From positions 8,492 through 72,491 of the forward strand of contig JANQLC010000008.1 of the NCBI GenBank assembly GCA_028280815.1: a stretch of DNA of 64,000 bases. The letters run 5' to 3'. Position numbers and translations under genes: made by a program. Under the pieces are notes generated by a model. It saw nothing but the letters and a program-made list of their open reading frames with translations, searched no databases and was not told the DNA's origin. The DNA is from Flavobacteriales bacterium (GTDB lineage Bacteria > Bacteroidota > Bacteroidia > Flavobacteriales > JANQLC01). Positions within the stretch are counted from its first letter, which is position 1; every line of letters starts with the position of its first letter. Positions 30,478 through 39,648 of this stretch are shown in pieces.

Positions 30478-31329
30478 ATGCGCAGTGTTGAAGAGATGCG
30501 AATGCTGGTCACGCAAACGCGCCGAGACATCTTACGAATGGTACACGCAGCCAACAGCGGACATCCCGGGGGGTCGCTGGGCACCACCGAGTTTTTTATC
30601 GCACTCTATCACGCCGTCTTACAGTATGATCCAGCGCATTTTACGATGGATGGAAAAGGCGAAGACTTGTTTTTCTTATCCAACGGCCACATCTCACCGG
30701 TGTATTACAGCACCTTAGCCCGGGCGGGTTATTTTCCAATCGCCGAGTTGTCCAGCTTTCGCCAAATCGATTCGCGCTTGCAGGGACATCCCACCACGCA
30801 TGAGGGCCTGCCCGGCATTCGCATCTCCAGCGGTTCCTTGGGTCAGGGCATGAGTGTGGCCATCGGTGCAGCACAAGCCAAAAAATTAAACGAAGACCCA
30901 CAGCTGGTCTACAGCCTGCATGGCGACGGCGAATTGGACGAGGGGCAAAACTGGGAAGCCATCCTGTACGCCGCCGGCAAAGGGGTGGACAACTACATCG
31001 CTACGATCGACTACAACGGCAGGCAAATCGACGGCGATACCGATGCGGTCATGCCTTTGGGGAATCTGCGAGCCAAATTCGAGGCTTTTGGTTGGATTGT
31101 GTGGGACGAGCCCGATGGAAACGACTTGAACTGCAACATCCAAACGCTGAAAAACGCCAAACGATCGACTGGCCAGGGCAAGCCCATCGCCATTCTCCTG
31201 CACACCGAAATGGGGCACGGGGTGGATTTTATGATGGGCACGCACGCCTGGCATGGCAAAGCGCCTGACGATGCGCAATTGGCCAGCGCCCTGGCACAAA
31301 ATCCGGAAACCAGACTCAGCGATTATTAA
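30478..31329 (+). CDS. transketolase, N-terminal (thiamine-diphosphate-binding) subunit
   Basis: SGHPGGSLG and GDGELDEGQNWEA motifs. This is a split transketolase. ATG 30478 is chosen. Confidence 0.92.
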   Translation: MRSVEEMRMLVTQTRRDILRMVHAANSGHPGGSLGTTEFFIALYHAVLQYDPAHFTMDGKGEDLFFLSNGHISPVYYSTLARAGYFPIAELSSFRQIDSRLQGHPTTHEGLPGIRISSGSLGQGMSVAIGAAQAKKLNEDPQLVYSLHGDGELDEGQNWEAILYAAGKGVDNYIATIDYNGRQIDGDTDAVMPLGNLRAKFEAFGWIVWDEPDGNDLNCNIQTLKNAKRSTGQGKPIAILLHTEMGHGVDFMMGTHAWHGKAPDDAQLASALAQNPETRLSDY

Positions 31330-31346
31330 AGATCGAGTAGCCACCC

Positions 31347-32312
31347 ATGTTTAGCGATTGTATCGATAGCAACCCCAGCGACAAAAGAGATACCCGGAGC
31401 GGCTTTGGAGCAGCCCTCCTGCAGCTCGGCAAACGAGACGATCGAGTCGTAGCCTTGAGCGCGGACCTGACCGGCTCGCTAAAGATGGAGGCTTTTGCCG
31501 AGGCGTTTCCGAGGCGTTTCTTCCAGGTGGGAATCGCCGAAGCTCATATGATGGGGCTAGCCGCCGGCTTGGCCATCGGCGGAAAGATTCCCTTTACCGG
31601 CACCTTTGCCAATTTCTCCACCGGAAGGGTGTATGACCAAATACGCCAATCCATCGCCTATTCGGGTAAAAACGTAAAGATATGCGCTTCGCACGCGGGC
31701 TTAACCCTAGGCGAAGACGGCGCTACACACCAGATCTTAGAAGACATCGGCCTGATGAAAATGCTGCCCGGCATGGTGGTCGTCAACCCCTGTGACTACA
31801 ACCAGACCCTAGCGGCTACCCTATCCATAGCAGCGTATGAAGGCCCCTGTTACCTGCGGTTTGGGCGTCCCAAAGTGCCGGTTTATACGGACGCTCAAGC
31901 GGATTTTAAAATAGGCAAAGGCATTTTACTCAAGGAAGGGAGCGATGTGACGATAGCGGCTACCGGGCATTTGGTATGGGAGAGCATTTTGGCTGTACGG
32001 GAATTGGAAGCACAAGGCATCAGCTGCGAATTGATCAACATCCATACGATCAAACCTTTGGACGAGTACATCATCCTACAATCCGTTCAAAAGACCGGTT
32101 GCCTCGTTTCGGCTGAAGAACACAATTACCTCGGTGGCTTGGGTGAGAGCTTGGCCGGCGTCTTGGCGCGCCACTTTCCCGTACCCCAAGCCTTCGTCGC
32201 TGTACACGACAGCTTTGGCGAAAGCGGCACGCCGGAACAACTCATGAAAAAGTATGAGATAGATCGCAGTGCGGTAATGGAAAAAGCAAGGCGCGTACTC
32301 GAGAGAAAATGA
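31347..32312 (+). CDS. transketolase, C-terminal (pyrimidine-binding) subunit
   Basis: 321 aa with FFQVGIAEAHMMGLAAGLA and a typical C-terminal domain. Confidence 0.92.
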   Translation: MFSDCIDSNPSDKRDTRSGFGAALLQLGKRDDRVVALSADLTGSLKMEAFAEAFPRRFFQVGIAEAHMMGLAAGLAIGGKIPFTGTFANFSTGRVYDQIRQSIAYSGKNVKICASHAGLTLGEDGATHQILEDIGLMKMLPGMVVVNPCDYNQTLAATLSIAAYEGPCYLRFGRPKVPVYTDAQADFKIGKGILLKEGSDVTIAATGHLVWESILAVRELEAQGISCELINIHTIKPLDEYIILQSVQKTGCLVSAEEHNYLGGLGESLAGVLARHFPVPQAFVAVHDSFGESGTPEQLMKKYEIDRSAVMEKARRVLERK

Positions 32313-32316
32313 GTCT

Positions 32317-32760
32317 ATGGTACGGCTAAATTTTCCCTCGTTTGCGATTCGCAAAAAGGAAAGGGCAGGGCGGTTTTATATCTGGGATTCCATTCGCGGC
32401 AAATGGTACGTATGCACGCCTGAGGAATGGGTTCGACAACACGTGATACAATATCTACACCGGGTTTTAAACCATCCCCTCGGGCGAATAGGCGTAGAGG
32501 TCGCTTTGGACAAAGGCCGCCTTAGACGTTCCGATATCGTGGTGTACGATGCCTTTTTAAGGCCCGAAATTTTAGTGGAATGCAAGCGGCCAAGCCTCGA
32601 AATCACCCGACAGAGCTTCGATCAAATCGCGCGGTACAACCTCGATCTCAAGGCGAACTATCTCATGGTTACCAATGGACTATCTCATTACTACGCCCGT
32701 GTGAACCACGCGAAAAAGCGATACGATTTCCTGCCCAAACTCCCCCTCCACAAACCCTGA
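32317..32760 (+). CDS. type I restriction enzyme HsdR N-terminal domain-like protein (stand-alone)
   Basis: 147 aa. EEWVRQ..., SDIVVYD...PEILVECKRP and YLMVTNG resemble the HSDR_N_2 / PD-(D/E)xK-like small proteins common in Bacteroidota. Confidence 0.7.
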   Translation: MVRLNFPSFAIRKKERAGRFYIWDSIRGKWYVCTPEEWVRQHVIQYLHRVLNHPLGRIGVEVALDKGRLRRSDIVVYDAFLRPEILVECKRPSLEITRQSFDQIARYNLDLKANYLMVTNGLSHYYARVNHAKKRYDFLPKLPLHKP

Positions 32761-32973
32761 GCGCCTATATGCCCAAATGCTTTTTGCTCACAGTCTCATA
32801 GGGAAGCGGCCCATGCCGGATCGAATCCATGGATCCCTCGCTTTCTAAGCCATAAACGCCGTGTACCAGCCCAGCTGATCACTATTTGTCCTGTGGATTT
32901 TTCTCAGTCATATAGGGTTAAAAGTCAAATACGGGTAGCGAAGAACTGGCTTGGTTTTTGATGCTCGATAAAC

Positions 32974-33783
32974 ATGTGTTCTAGCAAATACATTTTTGCC
33001 TTTGTCTCCCTGGTTTCTATGCTCGAGGGCGGTTCGGCACAACAGGCACCGATTCGGCCTGCCGCTTTAGACATGAGAAGCAGGCGCTTACAGAATTCAT
33101 ATCTAATCAGCCGCGTGCGGGAATTAGAGGACGAGAAAAACCGCGATAAGGTCACTGCGCTGATGAATAATTATATGATTCAATATGAGTTGGCGCTCAC
33201 TTATATCGAGAAGAGAGATCACACCCGTATAGAAAAACACCTTGAAAATGCGATTACCTTACAGCCCGATTTTGCACTGCCACACAATCTACTCGGGCGA
33301 TTGGAGTATAAAAAAAATCGCACGCCTGCCTTCATGGCGCTCTGCTTTTACAACCTATTGACGCCTCAGGCTGAAGAATCACGCGACAACCTCTTGTATT
33401 TAAAGGAATTGCTAAGTCGTATCGTCCTCACGACACCCCATAGCGCGGACTTGCCCAATGATTTTTCTTCCGTGGACCTCAGCCTCAATGCCAAAAACAC
33501 CATAAACAGTTCATTTTCAAATGGCCGTCCGGATTACTTTCTGATGCGATTCAACTGGTTATGCCGCGCATTGATAGAAAATTCAGCCCACCAAGCCGGC
33601 TTTTTCTGGAATTTTTACGCCCCTTACTTTATCGATGTATACAAGTTGGGTTACGCCCAGGCCGCTGTTTGGATTCTCTTTGATAAACCAGCTAAAAACC
33701 CCGAGTTAGCCAACAGAATAAGCGAATTTAAAGCCTGGAATAAGAATTACATACTCAAGCGGTTTTACTATATTGCCGACTGA
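32974..33783 (+). CDS. hypothetical secreted protein (low GC)
   Basis: 269 aa with a hydrophobic N-terminus (YIFAFVSLVSMLEGGSAQQ). I recognised no catalytic motif. Confidence 0.55.
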   Translation: MCSSKYIFAFVSLVSMLEGGSAQQAPIRPAALDMRSRRLQNSYLISRVRELEDEKNRDKVTALMNNYMIQYELALTYIEKRDHTRIEKHLENAITLQPDFALPHNLLGRLEYKKNRTPAFMALCFYNLLTPQAEESRDNLLYLKELLSRIVLTTPHSADLPNDFSSVDLSLNAKNTINSSFSNGRPDYFLMRFNWLCRALIENSAHQAGFFWNFYAPYFIDVYKLGYAQAAVWILFDKPAKNPELANRISEFKAWNKNYILKRFYYIAD

Positions 33784-33822
33784 TAAAGGGATTCGCATTG
33801 AAAAATCGATAACCCACAGCTG

Positions 33823-34737
33823 ATGCAGCAGAAGCGCTTAATCTCGGTACTGGGGCCGACCGGGGTGGGCAAAACCGCACTTGCCATCGCTTTGGCCCAA
33901 CATTTCGGTACGGAGATCACATCTTGCGACGCCCGACAATTCTTTAAGGAAATGACGATAGGAACAGCCGTTCCCACGGCCGATCAACGCGCTGCTGTCA
34001 CCCATCACCTCATCCAACACAAAAGCATTTTCGACCCCTATTCGGTCGGCGACTTTGAATCGGACGCCTTAGCCGTCCTCGACGAGCTGTTTCAAAAAAG
34101 AGATATCGCATTGTTAGTCGGGGGCTCAGGGCTGTATGAAAGAGCCATCACCCAAGGGCTGGACTACTTTCCAAAAACCACAGCCGAAACGCGCAAAAAA
34201 CTCGATAAAATCTACGCCGAACAAGGCATAGTGCCCTTGCAAAAGCGACTGCAAAAAGAAGACCCCGCCTATTGCGATGAAGTAGACCTCAAAAACGCGA
34301 GGCGATTGATACGGGCACTCGAAGTCTCTATAGATACCGGGACGCCTTATTCGTCTTATCGAAAAAAGAAAAGGGCCAAAAGAGATTTTGAGACTATTCG
34401 AATCATCATCGACAGGCCTCGCACAGCGCTCTACGACAGCATCGACCAAAGGGTAGATCAAATGTTTGATCAGGGCTTGTGCGCAGAAGCTGAAAAGCTC
34501 TACCCGAACCGCAGCCTCAGCGCACTACAAACGCTGGGATACCGCGAACTATTCCTGTACTTTGATGGTGAGATCAACTCGGACGAGGCCAAGGCAGCGA
34601 TCAAGAAAAATACACGGCGCTATGCCAAAAGGCAGATGACGTGGCTGCGCAACCAAATCCGAGAATCACAGTGGCACGGGCCTGCACAATTTGAAAAAAT
34701 AGTGCGCGCCATCAGCGCAAAAGTGAATCACCCCTAG
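33823..34737 (+). CDS. miaA: tRNA dimethylallyltransferase
   Basis: 304 aa with GPTGVGKTALAI P-loop and DARQFFKEMTIGTA. Confidence 0.93.
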   Translation: MQQKRLISVLGPTGVGKTALAIALAQHFGTEITSCDARQFFKEMTIGTAVPTADQRAAVTHHLIQHKSIFDPYSVGDFESDALAVLDELFQKRDIALLVGGSGLYERAITQGLDYFPKTTAETRKKLDKIYAEQGIVPLQKRLQKEDPAYCDEVDLKNARRLIRALEVSIDTGTPYSSYRKKKRAKRDFETIRIIIDRPRTALYDSIDQRVDQMFDQGLCAEAEKLYPNRSLSALQTLGYRELFLYFDGEINSDEAKAAIKKNTRRYAKRQMTWLRNQIRESQWHGPAQFEKIVRAISAKVNHP

Positions 34738-35441
34738 CAGTCGTTTACCGCCAGCCTAAAGCCTTCGCCGTGAATGTTGACGATCTCTACCTTCGGGTCT
34801 TCTTTTAAGTACTTTCTCAGCTTGGCAATGTAGACATCCATGCTGCGCGAGGTGAAGTAGTTGTCGTCTTTCCAAATACGCATAAGTGCCAACTCTCTCG
34901 GCATCAAGTCATTTAGATTCATAGCCATAAGCCGCAGCAATTCATTTTCTTTGGGAGAGAGCCTAAATTCTCTGTTGTTAATTTTAAGTACCCGCAATTT
35001 GGAGTTAAAGTCAAAATCACCGACTTTAAACTCGATTTGACCCAGCTTATCGGCTGGTTCTGCACCGCCATTGCGCTGTAAAATGGCTTTGATTTTGCAC
35101 AGCAATACCTCTGTATCAAAGGGCTTGGTCAGGTAATCATCAGCGCCTGATCTATATCCGTTCAGCACATCATCCTTCGCATTTAGAACCGTTAAAAATA
35201 CAATCGGCAAGGAACCATCGATCTCTTTTATTTCTCTGGCAAGCGTAAACCCATCTTTTTTCGGCATTACAACATCAAAGACAGCGAGGTCATATCCGCC
35301 CTCTTTAAATTTTTCCAGTCCTTCCTCCCCATCGATGGCATGCACCACATCATATTGATTCAAAGTGAGGTAATCTTTTAACACCAATCCAAAACTCGGA
35401 TCGTCTTCTACCAATAGCAGCTTTTTCTTTTCTTCGCTCAT
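34734..35441 (-). CDS. response regulator, OmpR/PhoB-type winged helix
   Basis: 235 aa with a receiver domain (LLLVEDD ... DVVMP) and a C-terminal trans_reg_C-like domain. Confidence 0.9.
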   Translation of the reverse strand: MSEEKKKLLLVEDDPSFGLVLKDYLTLNQYDVVHAIDGEEGLEKFKEGGYDLAVFDVVMPKKDGFTLAREIKEIDGSLPIVFLTVLNAKDDVLNGYRSGADDYLTKPFDTEVLLCKIKAILQRNGGAEPADKLGQIEFKVGDFDFNSKLRVLKINNREFRLSPKENELLRLMAMNLNDLMPRELALMRIWKDDNYFTSRSMDVYIAKLRKYLKEDPKVEIVNIHGEGFRLAVNDC

Positions 35442-35445
35442 AACT

Positions 35446-36300
35446 TCAACTTATAGGTATTTTTATTGTAAACACAGTGCCTTTTCCCACTTCACTTTGA
35501 ACCGCCACCGATCCACCGTGCCTATCAGCGATGAGCTTCACATAGGCCAAGCCCAGTCCTTGGCCGCCCACATCGCGAACATTCCCCATCGGCACCCTGT
35601 AAAATTTGGAAAAAATACGCTTTTGCTCGACTTTGCTTATACCCACTCCCTTATCCGATATGGAAACATGGGCAAAACCATTTGCTGAAAAGGTCCGAAT
35701 CACAATATCAGGGGATTGGGGGGAATATTTATTCGCGTTCTCCAAAATGTTTACGACAGCGTTCCTAAGGTGAAAGGGGTCTACCCGCACCTTAAGGTCA
35801 GCTTTATAAAGGTTATCAAATATGGTGCCATTTCTATTTTTTACAATCAAATCCACCTGAGAAATCGATTCCTGAACGATTTTGTTGAGCCCGATCACTT
35901 CTTTGTTCAATTCAACCTGACCTTTTTCCAAGCGCGAAAGCTGCAAGACCCACTCCACCTGCTCGCACATTCTGTGATTTTCTCTTTCAATTATATCGAC
36001 ATAATGCTTTACCCTTTCCGAATCGGTCACCACCATTGCACTGCGAAGCGCATCGGTCGCCACGGCAATGGTAGCGATGGGTGTTTTGAGCACATGGGTT
36101 AAGCCATCGATAAAATCCGCCTGCATGGCAGACATCTTCTTTCGCTTGCGGATACGGTACCCGACACCTATGCAGAAGCCCACGGCGATTAGCGTAAATA
36201 CGATGGCGAATACCAGACCCGGCGACAGGGTAGGCATCACAACTCCCATCGGAGAAAGGCGCATAAAAACAGGCCGTATGAACCCGATGTGCCTATTCAT
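35446..36300 (-). CDS. sensor histidine kinase
   Basis: 284 aa with one or two TM segments, an H-box FIDGLTHVLKTP, and HATPase N/G boxes (NANKYS, GQGLGLA). The exact start is uncertain. Confidence 0.88.
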   Translation of the reverse strand: MNRHIGFIRPVFMRLSPMGVVMPTLSPGLVFAIVFTLIAVGFCIGVGYRIRKRKKMSAMQADFIDGLTHVLKTPIATIAVATDALRSAMVVTDSERVKHYVDIIERENHRMCEQVEWVLQLSRLEKGQVELNKEVIGLNKIVQESISQVDLIVKNRNGTIFDNLYKADLKVRVDPFHLRNAVVNILENANKYSPQSPDIVIRTFSANGFAHVSISDKGVGISKVEQKRIFSKFYRVPMGNVRDVGGQGLGLAYVKLIADRHGGSVAVQSEVGKGTVFTIKIPIS

Positions 36301-36889
36301 CGCCCAGCCTTTTCACCAATTTCTCGTAAACCTCACAGACGGATTTCTTTAAATCAGCTCGGCTCTTATCATTCCAAATGACGTAATCGGAGCGCTGCAT
36401 TCTCTCTCGATCATCCCATTGTCTAAGCATCCGGACTCGAACGGCTGCTACGGACAGATCATCTCTTTTTTGAACGCGCCGAATGCGCACCTCCGCTGGA
36501 GCTACTACGGTGATGGTGACGTCGCATTGCGCATCGAAGCCAGCTTCAAATAGAATAGCCGCTTCTATGACCACAAATGTACCCCTTTGTCTCGCTGACC
36601 AACAGCAAAAGTCCTCGGCGACCGCCGGGTGTTCAATCGCATTGAGCCCATTTAAAAGCACCGGGTCGTGAAATACGCGATGGGCAACCCAATCCGCGTT
36701 CAACCGGTCGGCCTGATAGGCTTGGGGGCCCAACAAATCAACGATCTGAGCCTTCAAGACCTCAGATTTATTCATCAGGGACCTGGCGCGTTGATCAGCG
36801 TTGTACACAGGAATCCCCTCAGCCCGAAAATACCTGGCTACAGTGGTTTTCCCGCTGCCGATCCCGCCTGTGAGCCCCACGACTTTCAC
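36293..36889 (-). CDS. coaE: dephospho-CoA kinase
   Basis: 198 aa with GLTGGIGSGKTTVA. Confidence 0.93.
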   Translation of the reverse strand: MKVVGLTGGIGSGKTTVARYFRAEGIPVYNADQRARSLMNKSEVLKAQIVDLLGPQAYQADRLNADWVAHRVFHDPVLLNGLNAIEHPAVAEDFCCWSARQRGTFVVIEAAILFEAGFDAQCDVTITVVAPAEVRIRRVQKRDDLSVAAVRVRMLRQWDDRERMQRSDYVIWNDKSRADLKKSVCEVYEKLVKRLGDE

Positions 36890-37824
36890 TCTTCAACGAT
36901 CAAATACTCCACCTGCTCAGGGGTTATGTGGACATTTCTCACCCCAGGGGGAGCGGCGATTAGCTTCAGCGGCAAATAAGGTGTAGCCTTAGACAAATCA
37001 GCTGTATCAGCCACCACTTTAAAATCGGCTGCACGTAGTTTCCCATAGTCGCCCAAGGGCAGGCTAAAGTGCAGCTTTACGCGAGCGGGGAAAAACTTAA
37101 TTTTCTTCCCCGGTCCCAACGAGTCATTTGCAACCGGCAAACTGAAATCTCCAGCCGCAAAGCGACTCACCTTCAAACTCAGCTTTACGGTCTGTACATC
37201 CATGCGAACCCGAGCTGGATCTGGATTGACCACAGCCAAGGTAGCCGCTATATCCCTTCTGACATTTCTAAGCCGATAGGGTGCGGTTTGAATCGCTTTC
37301 AAAGTATCTAAAATCGCATCCGGTGCGGTCACCCACACACTGTCTGGCGATAGCTGTAAGCCGCCCACACTGTCATAGCCCTCAGCAAACTCTATAGGCT
37401 TGGGCAAGCGGATGGGCAGGTGTTCCCGATCGGTTTCTACTATGGGATAAATCAGAGAGTCTTCATATAGGCTTAGGACCTCATAGTGGTAGGCCAAATC
37501 GGCAATGGCTTTTTTATCCCAGGCCGGCGACCAGCAATACATGGTTTTATCTCTTTTAAATGCGCGTCTTGCATCCATCGCAATATGAGGTCTTTTAAGC
37601 CAATTAAAGATCACCAACCGATAGCCTTCAGCCCGAATCCGAGCGGGAATCTGCACTTGATTTTCCGAATCGATGTACAGGCCCCTCGGCAAGTTCTCGA
37701 ATTCAATGCTGAGCGGCATATCGACCGCATACGAATCCGAAAGCTTGGCCAGAAACCAAAACAGGGCAGCTGAAGCCAGGCAAATCAAAAAAATCCGCTG
37801 TGACGAACTGAGGTGAATGCGCAT
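36886..37824 (-). CDS. YbbR-like domain protein
   Basis: 312 aa with an N-terminal TM helix. It sits in the conserved yajC / YbbR-like / coaE position. The assignment rests mostly on context. Confidence 0.6.
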   Translation of the reverse strand: MRIHLSSSQRIFLICLASAALFWFLAKLSDSYAVDMPLSIEFENLPRGLYIDSENQVQIPARIRAEGYRLVIFNWLKRPHIAMDARRAFKRDKTMYCWSPAWDKKAIADLAYHYEVLSLYEDSLIYPIVETDREHLPIRLPKPIEFAEGYDSVGGLQLSPDSVWVTAPDAILDTLKAIQTAPYRLRNVRRDIAATLAVVNPDPARVRMDVQTVKLSLKVSRFAAGDFSLPVANDSLGPGKKIKFFPARVKLHFSLPLGDYGKLRAADFKVVADTADLSKATPYLPLKLIAAPPGVRNVHITPEQVEYLIVEE

Positions 37825-37848
37825 TTCTCACAACCCGATCGCAGCGCC

Positions 37849-38154
37849 CTACTTCTCAGCGCCTGCATTGAGCCTTTCAGTGGCATCCAAGGAAATCGCA
37901 GAACGCTCAAAGACAATTTTGCCCGCCATCGTCTCCAAGGTTATCGTCGTATGGCCTAGGTCCATTACCCTACCGTGAATACCACTGGTGGTGATCACCT
38001 TCATCCCCTTCTTCAACTCCCGCTGAAATCTCTTCTCCCTTCTCGTGCGCCTGACTTGTGGGAGAATGATAAAGAGAAAAAAGATGGCGAGCATGCCCAT
38101 GATAAAAATGAGGCTGGACCCCCCTATTCCAGTTTGTAAAAAGCTTACCATCAC
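37849..38154 (-). CDS. yajC: preprotein translocase subunit YajC
   Basis: 101 aa with one TM helix, then KGMKVITTSGIHGRV. Confidence 0.88.
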   Translation of the reverse strand: MMVSFLQTGIGGSSLIFIMGMLAIFFLFIILPQVRRTRREKRFQRELKKGMKVITTSGIHGRVMDLGHTTITLETMAGKIVFERSAISLDATERLNAGAEK

Positions 38155-38597
38155 GACTTTTTGCTGATTACGTTTGCCTTTATCCGCAGGTATTCTTTTC
38201 CCGATTCGGTATTGGTCAGCAAAGTCACGGTTTTATTTTGCTGCCCCTGTTTACCCGAGGAATTAAACGTCACTTTAATCTGGCCGCTTCCCCCAGGTGA
38301 AATGGGTTGTTTGGGATAATCGGGAACCGTACAACCACAGCTCCCATGGGCCGCTCGAATGAGGAGCGGTGCCTGCCCCCTATTGGTAAAAGCAAAAGCG
38401 GTTGTCACGCTTTCACCTTGCGAGATCGTGCCAAAGTCATACGTCTTCCTATCAAAATCCATGGTCGGTAACGCCGACTGAGCCTTCCTGCCCATCGCAT
38501 TTCGGGCTTTCTCGTGATCGACACGTGCAGCCGCCCCCTTGCGACTGCAAGAAAAAATGAGCGCCATTAAGCTGCAAATCCACAATACTCTCTTCAT
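38151..38597 (-). CDS. DUF1573 domain protein (secreted/lipoprotein)
   Basis: 148 aa with signal peptide and Cys (LIFSCS), FDFGTI and SCGCTVP motifs. Confidence 0.8.
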   Translation of the reverse strand: MKRVLWICSLMALIFSCSRKGAAARVDHEKARNAMGRKAQSALPTMDFDRKTYDFGTISQGESVTTAFAFTNRGQAPLLIRAAHGSCGCTVPDYPKQPISPGGSGQIKVTFNSSGKQGQQNKTVTLLTNTESGKEYLRIKANVISKKS

Positions 38598-38615
38598 TTT
38601 TTCTCCATATTTAAA

Positions 38616-39542
38616 TTAATCCCCTTCCCGTTTTTTTATCTCCTTTGAGTCGCTCAATTGTTTCAATACCCCATCCAATACCCCATTGACAAAAACCTTA
38701 CTCTTGGGTGTGGCATATTCGCCGGCTAACTCAATATACTCATTTAAAGTAACCTTTTCAGGGATGGTGGGAAACCGCAAGAACTCGCTAACAGCCATCT
38801 CCATAATCAGAAAATCCACCTCTGCAACGCGGTCCGGACCCCAGTTCTTAAAGTTTTTAACGAGATGCGCTCTATATTCTGCCTCACCTCGAAGGGTTTC
38901 GCGAAACAGTCTCTTCATAAATTCCCTGTCCGATTCACTCTTAAAAACGCGAAACAAACGCAGCTTTTGCCGGCTGGATTCAACGGTCTTGACGACCATG
39001 CTGTTCGCTATGGCCTGGTTGGCGTGCCAGTAGGGACTGATATCCTCAAAGCGTGCTTGAAGGGACTGATTCGATGCTATAAATTCGACAAATATATCGC
39101 AAATAAAGCGCAAGTCCTGCACCCTATACTGCCCTGGTTTCGCCATATGCGTTTCGTAGACGAGGCTCTCACCGATATCCTTTAAAATCTGACTTACGGT
39201 CTCCGGATGCATATTCCAACTCCACTGTTGGTTCTTTCGCTCGAATTCAGCGATCTCTCTACTCTCGTGCAACAGCTTGAAAAAATGATTCGCCACGAAT
39301 TTCATATTCGGATTCAAATCCGCCTCGCGGGGCAGCTGCTTTCTCTTGCCCAGCGCAATCCGATTTAAAGCGACGCGTTGCAACTCGCATAGGAAGGTCA
39401 GCAACAGGAAATAGAGGTTTTGCGTGCTTTCCACAGCGCAAAACATCTGTTTTTCCGCACGGAAGTAGGTCGTATCACCCGACTTTTTGTACGCGTAAAT
39501 CGATTCCAAAACCTTGGCGCGAATACACCTTCTCGTCAACAT
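38616..39542 (-). CDS. nusB: transcription antitermination factor NusB (long Bacteroidota form)
   Basis: 308 aa. The C-terminal part (EYIELAGEYATPKSKVFVNGVLD) is NusB-like. Confidence 0.85.
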   Translation of the reverse strand: MLTRRCIRAKVLESIYAYKKSGDTTYFRAEKQMFCAVESTQNLYFLLLTFLCELQRVALNRIALGKRKQLPREADLNPNMKFVANHFFKLLHESREIAEFERKNQQWSWNMHPETVSQILKDIGESLVYETHMAKPGQYRVQDLRFICDIFVEFIASNQSLQARFEDISPYWHANQAIANSMVVKTVESSRQKLRLFRVFKSESDREFMKRLFRETLRGEAEYRAHLVKNFKNWGPDRVAEVDFLIMEMAVSEFLRFPTIPEKVTLNEYIELAGEYATPKSKVFVNGVLDGVLKQLSDSKEIKKREGD

Positions 39543-39562
39543 AGATTCAAAGAACTGCCATC

Positions 39563-39570
39563 CAAATATA
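39563..39570 (-). promoter_or_regulatory. candidate -7 box (TATATTTG) for nusB operon
   Basis: TAnnTTTG match on the minus strand, 20 nt upstream of ATG 39542. Confidence 0.4.
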
Positions 39571-39648
39571 ATGGGGTTTGCTTAGCTTTGTAACCCGTCA
39601 CAAATTTAAGCAAATCGCCTTTATAGCGCAAAACCGAAATCCGATTCA

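Noticed and set aside
32820-32860. tRNA-like T-loop string GGATCGAATCC, a possible tRNA fragment or att site
   Set aside because: The flanking bases cannot form a T-stem or acceptor stem. Only short palindromes (CCATG/CATGG) are present.
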